NCBI GenBank assembly: GCA_041288095.1
Contig: JBGGMJ010000003.1
Coordinates: forward strand, 1 to 14,860
From: Myxococcota bacterium
GTDB taxonomy: Bacteria > Myxococcota > XYA12-FULL-58-9 > JALHOP01
Length of the DNA: 14,860 nt
Reading direction: 5' to 3'
Shown: positions 1-7,412 of the stretch, in pieces
Numbering within the stretch: the stretch's first letter is position 1
Layout of the letters: the number at the start of each line of letters is the position of its first letter
Made by a program: the position numbers and the translations under genes
The notes under the pieces: generated by a model
Databases searched by the model: none
The model's input: the letters and a program-made list of their open reading frames with translations, nothing else
What the model was told of the DNA's origin: nothing

Positions 1-289
1 AGCCGATGGCCGACGACGCGAGGCGCAGGACGAGCGTCTGCGAAAACGGATTGGACAGGCCGGCGATCGACAGGCCCTTGATGATCGCCGCGTAAAACGC
101 CGGCTGCAGCCATGGACGGATGCGCGCTCCGTACTCCCAGGCGAGCTCACTACCGTCGGTGCCCAGGAGCTTGTGGCGGGCGAACTCGAGGATCTGAAAA
201 TATTCGTCCGGGTGGTGGTAACCCTTGCTCAACAACGCGGCCACGAGGTGCAAACCCGCGATCGTCCACCACAGGCGACGTTGGTTCAT
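1..289 (-). CDS. GT-C mannosyltransferase, PIG-B/Alg9-like (GT22), N-terminal part; runs off the window
   Basis: Not in the ORF track; translated by hand from ATG at 289: MNQRRLWWTIAGLHLVAALLSKGYHHPDEYFQILEFARHKLLGTDGSELAWEYGARIRPWLQPAFY... The first TM helix is followed by HPDEYFQxLE...WEY...IRP, typical of the first loop of PIG-B-like GT22 enzymes. ATGA overlap with the upstream stop (286-288). Confidence 0.8.
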   Translation of the reverse strand, partial: MNQRRLWWTIAGLHLVAALLSKGYHHPDEYFQILEFARHKLLGTDGSELAWEYGARIRPWLQPAFYAAIIKGLSIAGLSNPFSQTLVLRLASSAIG

Positions 290-1548
290 CCCAGCACCTT
301 GCCGAGCCCGATCAACCAGCCGCCGTTCTTGAACGCCGAGCGAAAGAGCGATTCGAAGACGATGGCGCTCGAGAGAGCCAGGAGAAAGAGGGCGAGGGCG
401 GAACCGCGGCGGCAAGCGAACATGCGGTCGACCACGGGAACGGCCGCGACCGCCCACAACGGACCGAGCTGCGCGAACCAACGCATGCCCATGGCGGCGC
501 CGCCGTAGTTGTTGGTGGTGGCGATGATGTAGACGATGACGACCAGCGAACCCGCGGCAATGGCGGTCATCTCGGCCGCGTGTCGTCCGCGATGACGGAT
601 TTCACGGAACATCCCGTAGACCGCGAGCAGGGCGATGGGCGTGAGCGAGAACAAGCCCTTCCAGCCGAGCAGGCAATTGAAGGCATAGAGCCACTTGGGC
701 TCGCTCAAGGCATCGACGCTCGTCGGGTTGTTCCAGTAGCTGCCCGCGTACGCGTAGAGGTCCTTCTGGGCGTAGAAGGGCAGGAGCTTGCCGCTGATCG
801 CGTAGTAGGTGGCGAGCGTCGGAATCACCGGCATCAGCGCGCCGGCGAGCGCGGGTACGAGCGCTTTGCGGTCGCGATAGCCGAGCAACGCGAGGAACGC
901 CGCCGCGAACGCGCCCGACGTTAGCTCGAAGGTGAACGCGAGCCCACACAACAGGCCGATGACGAACGCCGTGCCGCGCGCGATCCGGCTACCTGCGCGC
1001 CAGAGCATCACCAGCGCCACGAAGAGAAACATCGCCGTCGGTGTGTGATTGTTCAGGGTCACGCTGTACCCGAACGCCAAACAGCCGAAGGACAAGGCCG
1101 CCATGGCGTACGCCTGCACCCGAGGGTCGCGGGTGAGCTCGGCGACGAAGCGCGACGCGAGCCACAACATCAAGCAATACGGGACCACCTGGCTCACGAA
1201 CACCAGGAAGGTCAGGTAGAAGCGTTCGTGCTCCGCGACCTTCATGCCGGTCGCCGTCTTCACCACCCAGGCTTCGGCGGCGAGGATGAGACTGTAGTTC
1301 GGCGGCTTCGACGAGTAGTAGCGTCCGTCGATCTGAACCGTGTCGATGGACCAGGCGCCGGGGTGCTGCATCGTCCCGTCGTCGACGAGGCGCTGCACCG
1401 TCCAGTAGCGCGAAGCGACGTTGTGGCCGACGCGGTGGCGGGTGAAGCAAAAAACGCCGAGGGTCAAAACCGCGAGCCACAGCACGACCCGCGCCGGCTG
1501 CACCGTCCACGCTAACGTGCTCGAGGTATGCGCCGCAGTCGCCGACAT
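286..1548 (-). CDS. Multi-pass membrane protein, probable GT-C fold glycosyltransferase
   Basis: Many hydrophobic segments. The N-terminal loop NVASRYWTVQRLVDDGT...D...GRYYSSKPP plus later NNH and G-x-RW motifs resemble uncharacterised GT-C proteins. ATG 1548 (MSATAAHT) preferred; the extension to 1683 looks non-coding and contains a hairpin. Confidence 0.7.
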   Translation of the reverse strand: MSATAAHTSSTLAWTVQPARVVLWLAVLTLGVFCFTRHRVGHNVASRYWTVQRLVDDGTMQHPGAWSIDTVQIDGRYYSSKPPNYSLILAAEAWVVKTATGMKVAEHERFYLTFLVFVSQVVPYCLMLWLASRFVAELTRDPRVQAYAMAALSFGCLAFGYSVTLNNHTPTAMFLFVALVMLWRAGSRIARGTAFVIGLLCGLAFTFELTSGAFAAAFLALLGYRDRKALVPALAGALMPVIPTLATYYAISGKLLPFYAQKDLYAYAGSYWNNPTSVDALSEPKWLYAFNCLLGWKGLFSLTPIALLAVYGMFREIRHRGRHAAEMTAIAAGSLVVIVYIIATTNNYGGAAMGMRWFAQLGPLWAVAAVPVVDRMFACRRGSALALFLLALSSAIVFESLFRSAFKNGGWLIGLGKVLG

Positions 1549-1561
1549 CGGCGGCCGCTCT

Positions 1562-1622
1562 ACAGCACACTCGTGACCCGCGTCGAGGTACTCGGAACGC
1601 GTGCGGGTCACGACCGTGCTGT
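1562..1622. repeat. Long intergenic inverted repeat (hairpin)
   Basis: ACAGCAC-ac-TCGTGACCCGC (1562-1581) pairs with GCGGGTCACGA-cc-GTGCTGT (1603-1622), 18/20 Watson-Crick; inner CGAG-gta-CTCG mini-stem. Confidence 0.75.
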
Positions 1623-1679
1623 CGCCTTCGGCTCGGTTTTTTCGCTTCGCTAGTCGGCCGCGACCTGGCGCGGCACCGC

Positions 1680-2498
1680 TCAAGCCATCAAGGCAAGGTA
1701 GCGCTCATCGGCGCGCAGCGGATCGAACAAGCGGTCTTCGCGGACCCAAAGCCGAGCTTTTTCGCGGTCTTGCGCCGCCGCCATCTCGAGGTGATCGAGC
1801 GATTCCTTGATGCGGTCCCAGGTCGCGTAGAGCGCCGCCAGGTGGTAGTGGGTTGCGAAGTCGTGGCCGTCGATCTCGAGGGCGCGCTGGAAGGTGTTGT
1901 CCGCCTCGGCGTAGAAGCCTTGCGCCGTGTAAGCGATGCCGAGATCGACGTGGGCCTCGACGTGCTCGGGCGTTGCCTTCACCACTTTCTTCAAGTGGCC
2001 GATGGCCTCGGGATAGCGCTCGAGATCGATGAGACAGCAAGCGAGCTCATGCTGGATGAGCGCGTCTTCCGGGGCCTGTTTGTGGGCGACCTCGAGCTCC
2101 ACCAAAGCTTCGTCGAGCCGGCCGTGGTCGGCGAGCGACATCGCGAGGTTCAGGTGCGCGTCCGGGAACTCCGGCTCGAGCTCGATGGCCTTGCGGTAGA
2201 GAGCGACGGCGAGGTCGTGACCCTGCGAGGCGAGAAAGCTCGCGAGGTAATGGCGCGCCGTGGCGCTGCCCTCGTCGCTCTTCAAGGCCTCGACGTATTC
2301 GAAGAGCGCCTCCGTGAGCTCGCCCTTCTCGGCCAGGACGGTGGCGAGGTTGTCGTGGGCGTGCGCCGACTTTGGGTCGAGCGCGATGGCCTTCCTGAAC
2401 TCGCTGACAGCTTCGTCGAGCCAGCCGCGGTCGGCGAGCTCGATGCCACGAGCGTTGTGCTCGTCGGATTGGACGATCTCGTCGCGTTTTTTGGCCAT
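1680..2498 (-). CDS. Tetratricopeptide repeat protein
   Basis: Consecutive 34-aa TPR units (EAVSEFRKAIALDPKSAHAHDNLA, LYRKAIELEPEFPDAHLNLA, AHVDLGIAYTAQG) and a C-terminal capping segment (REDRLFDPLRADERY). Start taken at ATG 2498 (MAKKRDE). Confidence 0.9.
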   Translation of the reverse strand: MAKKRDEIVQSDEHNARGIELADRGWLDEAVSEFRKAIALDPKSAHAHDNLATVLAEKGELTEALFEYVEALKSDEGSATARHYLASFLASQGHDLAVALYRKAIELEPEFPDAHLNLAMSLADHGRLDEALVELEVAHKQAPEDALIQHELACCLIDLERYPEAIGHLKKVVKATPEHVEAHVDLGIAYTAQGFYAEADNTFQRALEIDGHDFATHYHLAALYATWDRIKESLDHLEMAAAQDREKARLWVREDRLFDPLRADERYLALMA

Positions 2499-2582
2499 TC
2501 GTTCTGTATTGAGCCCATGTTCGGGCACGCAGTCAACGCTCACAACTTGCTTGAGAGCACGCCTTTGAGGCACTTAGCATCG

Positions 2583-2759
2583 ATGGATAAGCGTCGCGAA
2601 TTCGAGACTTACAAGGCGCTTTTGCTGCGGCTCGTGCGCGCCCGGGGTGGAGACGTCGCCGAAGTCGAGCGCGAATACACCTGGCCCGAGCGTGCCGGCG
2701 CCATCCCGTCGCAGGCGACCGCCATGGCGCCGCTGCTCACCGGAGGGCCCGGAGAGTGA
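2583..2759 (+). CDS. Small hypothetical protein (58 aa)
   Basis: MDKRREFETYKALLLRLVRARGGDVAEVEREYTWPE...; fills the gap, and its stop overlaps the GTG start of the next gene (GTGA). No clear RBS. Confidence 0.45.
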   Translation: MDKRREFETYKALLLRLVRARGGDVAEVEREYTWPERAGAIPSQATAMAPLLTGGPGE

Positions 2760-3394
2760 GTATCCTTCGCCTCCAGGCCAACCTCGAGCACCCGCAGCCG
2801 CGCCACATCAGCCGCGCCGTCGAGCTGCTGCGTCAGGGCTCGACGATCATCTATCCAACCGACACGACCTACGGTCTCGGCTGCGACATCAACAACAAGC
2901 GCTCGATCGACCGCATCTACCAACTCAAGGGTCTCGACCAGAAGCACCCGCTGTCGTTCATCTGCAGCGATCTTTCGCAGGTCGCGCAATACGCCTCGGT
3001 CGAGAACAAGAACTACCGCATCCTGCGCCATCACGTGCCCGGTGAGTACACGTTCATCCTGCCGGCGACGCGTGAGGTGCCGAAGCTCATGCAATCGAAC
3101 GCGCGCAGCGTCGGTATCCGCATTCCGAAGAGCGCGGTGTGCAAGGCGTTGATCGACGAGCTCGGCCATCCCATCGTCAGCACCACGGTCGGCCGCCCCG
3201 GCGACGACGGCGCTCCGGCGTACACCAACAACCCCGACGACATCATGCGTCTGTTCGGGCGGACGGTGGACGTCTTCTTGGACGTCGGCATGCTCTATGG
3301 CGAGCCTTCGAGCGTCATCGATCTGACGGGGCCTGAGCCCAAAGTGCTGCGTAAGGGCTCGGGCGACCTGAGCTGGCTGACGAGCGCCGGTTGA
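2756..3394 (+). CDS. yciO: Sua5/YciO/YrdC (L-threonylcarbamoyladenylate synthase) family protein, YciO-like
   Basis: Motifs IIYPTDTTYGLGCD, PLSFICSDLS, PGEYTFIL, VGIRIP, PIVSTT, PSSVIDL, VLRKGSG. The N-terminal HPQPRHISRAVE and absence of the TsaC STSAN motif point to the YciO subfamily. Confidence 0.9.
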   Translation: MSILRLQANLEHPQPRHISRAVELLRQGSTIIYPTDTTYGLGCDINNKRSIDRIYQLKGLDQKHPLSFICSDLSQVAQYASVENKNYRILRHHVPGEYTFILPATREVPKLMQSNARSVGIRIPKSAVCKALIDELGHPIVSTTVGRPGDDGAPAYTNNPDDIMRLFGRTVDVFLDVGMLYGEPSSVIDLTGPEPKVLRKGSGDLSWLTSAG

Positions 3395-3398
3395 CGTT

Positions 3399-3431
3399 CT
3401 AGGCACCAACGCCGGCTCGCGAACGATAACG
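3399..3431 (+). promoter_or_regulatory. Putative alternative-sigma promoter CTAGGCACC-N16-CGATAACG (copy 1)
   Basis: Same bipartite motif and spacing as 8019-7987 on the minus strand; CGATAA resembles the sigma28 -10 box GCCGATAA; ends 26 nt before ATG 3458. Confidence 0.5.
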
Positions 3432-3457
3432 GTCGCTCCTAACCACAGGAGCTATCC

Positions 3458-3808
3458 ATGAATCGCGTTGGTTCACTACCACCCGCGCAGCGTATCGCCA
3501 CGACCACCGACGGCGCCGTGCCGGACGTGCGCATCTCGAAGGTCGCACGGGGCTTGGACGTCAAGGTGCAGACCGGCTACTTCAGCTCGAGCTTCACCAT
3601 CTCCGGCGAGGCCCGTGGCTTCGGTGACGCCCTGCGCATGAGCTACAACGGCCACGAGATCACGATTGAAGGACGCGGCCTGTCAGGCGCGAAGACGGCG
3701 CTGCTCGTCGGCCAGGAGCTCCAGGCGGCTCTCGAGGGCGCGACCCAGGCCTACGTGACCGGCAAGGGCGAGCTCAATCGTTACGAGGTCTCGGTCGTCC
3801 ATATCTGA
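3458..3808 (+). CDS. Hypothetical protein (116 aa)
   Basis: Clear RBS (AGGAG) before ATG; GC3-rich codons; low-complexity N-terminus followed by a beta-rich-looking domain; no family recognised. Confidence 0.75.
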   Translation: MNRVGSLPPAQRIATTTDGAVPDVRISKVARGLDVKVQTGYFSSSFTISGEARGFGDALRMSYNGHEITIEGRGLSGAKTALLVGQELQAALEGATQAYVTGKGELNRYEVSVVHI

Positions 3809-3837
3809 GGCTCGCGTACGTCCGCGTACGCGGTCAC

Positions 3838-3887
3838 GTCGATTTTTCGTGTTGAAAAATTGACACGGGATCCCACCTCCGTAAGGT
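3838..3887 (+). promoter_or_regulatory. Sigma70-type promoter TTGACA-N16-TAAGGT with an overlapping palindrome (operator candidate)
   Basis: TTGACA at 3860-3865, TAAGGT at 3882-3887. The inverted repeat GTCGATTTTTC-gtgtt-GAAAAATTGAC (3838-3864, 10/11 match) covers the -35 box; AT-rich island in GC-rich DNA. Confidence 0.65.
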
Positions 3888-3960
3888 GAGAGACAGCTTA
3901 TGGAAGTGCTTCGCGAACCCGATGCGCGTCGGGTCGTGCGGCATCCACGAGCGTCTCTTA
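3887..3960 (+). other. Long bulged hairpin in the leader of the ParA operon (candidate cis-regulatory RNA)
   Basis: Folding by hand gives ~31 bp: AGAGAC/GTCTCT, GCTT/GAGC, TGGA/TCCA, TGC/GCA, CGCG/CGTG and ACCCGAT/GTCGGGT with a GCGC loop; ends 5 nt before the GGAGG RBS. Confidence 0.5.
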
Positions 3961-3974
3961 GCTTCGGAGGGTTC

Positions 3975-5084
3975 GTGGATACCACTCAGGCAATTGTGTG
4001 TACCGCCTGCGGTACGCAGTTCGTTCCGCGCCTCAAGATGCAGGTCGAGCAGCGCGGCAGCCATGTGAACTACTACTGCACGCAGCGTTGTCGCATGCAT
4101 GCGCTCACCCAGAGCCACGCCTGCAGCGTCTGCAGCGGCAACTTCAATCCGACGCATGCCTGGCAGGTCGAGAGCCACGTCGATGCCGAGGGCATCCCGC
4201 AGACCACCTACTATTGCACCGAAGCCTGCGTGAAAGCTTCGACCGTTCAAGCGGACCAGCCGCCCGAGAAGCCGCCGCGTGTCATCGCCGTCCTCAATCA
4301 GAAGGGTGGCACCGGCAAGACGACCACCGCGGTCTCCGTCGCCGCGGGGCTCGCGCAAGTCGGCGAGCGCACGTTGTTGGTGGACCTCGACTCGCAGGGC
4401 AACGTCGGCGTGTCGCTCGGCATCTCCTCACCGCGCTCGGTGTTCTACCCGATGCTCCGCGGCCTCGACCCATCGCACTGCACCGTCCCGGTCCGCGATA
4501 ACCTCGACGTCATCACCAGCGACGAAGGGCTCGCGGCGGCTGACATCGAGCTCGCGCGTGACGACGAGCAACACCGCATGTGGCGGCTAACCGAAGCGAT
4601 GGACAAGCTTCGCGGCTACGACTACGTGGTCCTCGATTGTGCGCCGGCGCTGTCCTTGATGAACCACAACGCTTTGACGTACGCGAGCGAGGTCCTCATC
4701 CCGGTGAGCTGCGACTATCTCGCGCTCGTCGGTGTGAAGCAGTTGCTGCGCACGCTCCGTCGCGTGAGTGAAAACACCGGCCGCGCTCTGAATATCGCGG
4801 GCGTGCTGCCGACGTTCTTCGACGTGCGCAACAAGGTGAGCGTCCAGGCGTACACGTACCTCAAGCAAACCTTCGGTCCGCGTACCTTGCCGCCGGTCAG
4901 AGTGAACACCAAACTGGCTGAAGCGCCGAGCATGAAAAAGACCATCTTCGAGCTCGCTCCGGAATCGAATGGCGCGCGTGACTACGTGCGTGTCGTCGAG
5001 TGGCTGCGTACCGGCGCCGCGCTCGAGGCATCGCGCATCGAAGAGCACATCGAGACCAACGACCCGCAGCAAGGGGCCGCCTAA
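3975..5084 (+). CDS. ParA/Soj family ATPase with two N-terminal TRASH/MYM-like zinc-finger repeats
   Basis: Deviant Walker [11 protein letters not shown], Walker A' [10 protein letters not shown], Walker B YVVLDCAP, Soj-like C-terminus ([16 protein letters not shown]). The N-terminus has two CxxC...YYCTxxC units. GTG 3975 follows GGAGG (3966-3970); the ORF-track start 3900 is probably too long. Confidence 0.92.
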   Translation: MDTTQAIVCTACGTQFVPRLKMQVEQRGSHVNYYCTQRCRMHALTQSHACSVCSGNFNPTHAWQVESHVDAEGIPQTTYYCTEACVKASTVQADQPPEKPPRVIAVLNQKGGTGKTTTAVSVAAGLAQVGERTLLVDLDSQGNVGVSLGISSPRSVFYPMLRGLDPSHCTVPVRDNLDVITSDEGLAAADIELARDDEQHRMWRLTEAMDKLRGYDYVVLDCAPALSLMNHNALTYASEVLIPVSCDYLALVGVKQLLRTLRRVSENTGRALNIAGVLPTFFDVRNKVSVQAYTYLKQTFGPRTLPPVRVNTKLAEAPSMKKTIFELAPESNGARDYVRVVEWLRTGAALEASRIEEHIETNDPQQGAA

Positions 5085-5086
5085 CC

Positions 5087-5419
5087 ATGAGCAGGCACAT
5101 GAAAGCAGCACAAGAACCGACCATCCTCATCGAGAATCCCCTTGCCGGTGAGGAGCTCTTGGTCGACGCGATGTACGGTTCACCGCGCCAGGCTCCGCGG
5201 CGTCCGCATGCCGTCATCACGCGGCCGTCGCAGCCCAAGCCGTCGCACTACAAGATCGTCTCGATCTCGCTCTACAACGAGGACATAGAGCGTCTCGACC
5301 GCATGGTCGCCGAGCTCAAGAAGCGCGGGCACTACAAGGCGAACAAGAGTCAGCTCATTCGCTACGCCTTGGCTCAGCTCGATGTAGCGAAGATGCCCAA
5401 AGACGCGCTCGACCCTTGA
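5087..5419 (+). CDS. Small ParA partner with C-terminal ribbon-helix-helix-like domain
   Basis: ATG 2 nt after the parA stop. Pro/Arg-rich flexible N-terminus, then a beta strand YKIVSISLY, helix [15 protein letters not shown] and helix [13 protein letters not shown] (RHH pattern). Confidence 0.75.
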   Translation: MSRHMKAAQEPTILIENPLAGEELLVDAMYGSPRQAPRRPHAVITRPSQPKPSHYKIVSISLYNEDIERLDRMVAELKKRGHYKANKSQLIRYALAQLDVAKMPKDALDP

Positions 5420-6861
5420 CCAAAGGGACCGACGCTTTCGGCGCTCCGGGGCTCATCTCTTCTGATATCGCTCCGACGTACGAGCAACAACGCACCCTCA
5501 ACGCCGCGCGCGAGAGGGTGCTTTGGCTCGGGCTCGCCCTCGGAGCCGTGAACGTCAGCACCGGGCGCTACCTCGGCGAGAGCATCTGGAGCGTGGCCGC
5601 GCGTGGGATCGCGGTCGTCCTGGTAACCGTCGCGGTGGGGCTCCTGTTCACGGGCAGCGCCACGCGCTTCGGGGTCGGCTCTGGTCCGCTATCGCGGTCA
5701 GCATTCGGCGCGCGCGCGGCGATGCTCGTGCACCTGTTGCGTTGGGGCGTCGGTCTCGCCTGGACGGCGACGCATCTCCAGCCGTTCGCCGAGTGGCTGG
5801 GACTTTTGGTGCAGGCCACCGCGGTCTGGGGCGCGCCGCAAGTGGGCCTCGAGTGGACCGCGACGCCGGAGCTGACCGGCTACGGCACGTTGGCGGTCCT
5901 CGGTGTCGCGCTCGGATGGGTGGCGCGGGGCAGGGTGCGTCGGTCGCGGCTGACGGCGCGGGTGCTCATCGCGCTCGGCGGCGCCGCTTTCGTCGTCTTG
6001 TTCGCCGCGCTCGTCATCTCGCGTAGCTGGATGCTCGCGGCGAGCCGGCCGTTTTCGCCGCATGTGCTCCTCGATCAGGTCGGGGCCGCGTTGATCGACG
6101 CGCTGATGCTGGTTTGGGCGGTGCCCGAGTGGGTCCGCTATCGCGAGCGCTATGCCGACAACCGCCCGCCGTGGCGGTGGCTGATCGGCGCCTCCATCGC
6201 CGTGCCCGTGCTGCTCGTTGGGCTCGCGGCGGTATCGCAATCGGCGCGAGGGCACTCGGACGCTTCGTTGATCGGTGATGCCGCCGGCGCTTTCGGGTTG
6301 GCCTTCGGCTGGTTGGGCGCGACCGTGGCTCTTGCGCTCACCTTCGCGGTCCTGCCGTTGTTCGGGGTGCTCACGGCGGCGCTGGCGCTATGCTCGGCGA
6401 TACCGCGCTGGCGCTATCCTTACGTCGCCTACGCGACGGCGTTTCTCGCGGCCGGGCTTGCCGGGTTCGCCACCATCCCGTCTTGGGTGTTCGCGCTGTG
6501 CTTGCCGCCCCTGGCCGCCATTGCGATCGATGAATGGCTGATTAGGCGCCGACTCGTCGTGCTCGACTTGCTGTACACCTATGGCTCGACGCGCTTGTCG
6601 GCGTCGCTCGCCACGCTCACCGGCTGTGGTCTCATCGTCTTCGACCACGAGCACCTCGTCGCGTCGGCGGCGGGTGGCATGCTCGTGGCCATGATCGGTA
6701 CGGCGTTGCCGCTGCTCGGGAAGCTCGGTGGCTTGCGTCTACCCAAGCGTAAGGCGAAGGCCCGCGGCAAAGGTCCCGATGACTGGGCCGATCGGCCGGT
6801 CATCGATCCGACCTGGAGCGCGGATGACACGACGCACGTCGGCAAGCCCGACGAGCGTTAG
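5416..6861 (+). CDS. Divergent NCS1 (purine/cytosine permease)-like membrane protein
   Basis: About 12 hydrophobic segments. NCS1-like landmarks: [48 protein letters not shown] start overlaps the upstream stop. Confidence 0.65.
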   Translation: MTKGTDAFGAPGLISSDIAPTYEQQRTLNAARERVLWLGLALGAVNVSTGRYLGESIWSVAARGIAVVLVTVAVGLLFTGSATRFGVGSGPLSRSAFGARAAMLVHLLRWGVGLAWTATHLQPFAEWLGLLVQATAVWGAPQVGLEWTATPELTGYGTLAVLGVALGWVARGRVRRSRLTARVLIALGGAAFVVLFAALVISRSWMLAASRPFSPHVLLDQVGAALIDALMLVWAVPEWVRYRERYADNRPPWRWLIGASIAVPVLLVGLAAVSQSARGHSDASLIGDAAGAFGLAFGWLGATVALALTFAVLPLFGVLTAALALCSAIPRWRYPYVAYATAFLAAGLAGFATIPSWVFALCLPPLAAIAIDEWLIRRRLVVLDLLYTYGSTRLSASLATLTGCGLIVFDHEHLVASAAGGMLVAMIGTALPLLGKLGGLRLPKRKAKARGKGPDDWADRPVIDPTWSADDTTHVGKPDER

Positions 6862-7412
6862 ATGACCCCTGAGCCGCCTCGCGGGATCGCGGCATCGCGT
6901 TCCTCGCGCAGGGAGCGGACCGAGGCGACATACGCCGCGGCGCCGCCGGCGACAGCGGACACGGCGCCCATGAAACCGCCGGCCACGAGAGCAGGCGTGG
7001 CCTCGCCGCCCAGGATTGAGGCGAGCAGCAAGGTGGGGGCGCAGGTCGCCCCGAAGGCCAGAAGCTTCGCTCCCCTGGCCGCAAGGTCACCGTCGAACGA
7101 AGGCAGCGTGAGGCGCTCGATGAAACGCCGCGTCTCCACTATAGCGGTCTTGGTGTGCGTCATCGCGAGGCCGATCCCAAGCGCGGCCACGACGCCGACG
7201 CCCACGCCGATGATGCCCTCGGGGGTCGCGCCGTCGACGAGGAGCGGCGAGGCCATCTTGAAGGCCAGCTGGCCGCCGAGGATCGAGGTGCCGTAGATGA
7301 GGCCGCCGCGGAGACTCTCAGCCGCGATGCGGGTCACCGAGGCTCGCGTCGCATGGCTGATTGCGGCGTTGGTGGACTGGGCGCTGACGGAACGGGTGGC
7401 TGGGCTGATCAT
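6858..7412 (-). CDS. Hypothetical membrane protein (184 aa), paralog B
   Basis: ATG 7412 with GGAG RBS and ATGA overlap with the upstream gene; about 4 Gly/Ala-rich hydrophobic segments; aligns by eye with 7409-7954. Confidence 0.7.
   Translation of the reverse strand: MISPATRSVSAQSTNAAISHATRASVTRIAAESLRGGLIYGTSILGGQLAFKMASPLLVDGATPEGIIGVGVGVVAALGIGLAMTHTKTAIVETRRFIERLTLPSFDGDLAARGAKLLAFGATCAPTLLLASILGGEATPALVAGGFMGAVSAVAGGAAAYVASVRSLREERDAAIPRGGSGVI

Noticed and set aside
112-924. Long + strand ORF (270 aa) and similar antisense ORFs (1770-2759, 9084-10142, 9854-10675, 13013-13921)
   Set aside because: Shadow ORFs opposite well-supported genes, expected in GC-rich DNA; no recognisable motifs.
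2756-3394. Calling this gene tsaC/sua5
   Set aside because: It lacks the KxR and STSAN motifs and the Sua5 C-terminal domain; it fits YciO better.
3975-5084. Identification as PomZ or as the chromosomal parAB locus
   Set aside because: No PomX/PomY-like neighbours, no parB, and no parS-like palindrome seen; the N-terminus is a Cys-rich repeat.
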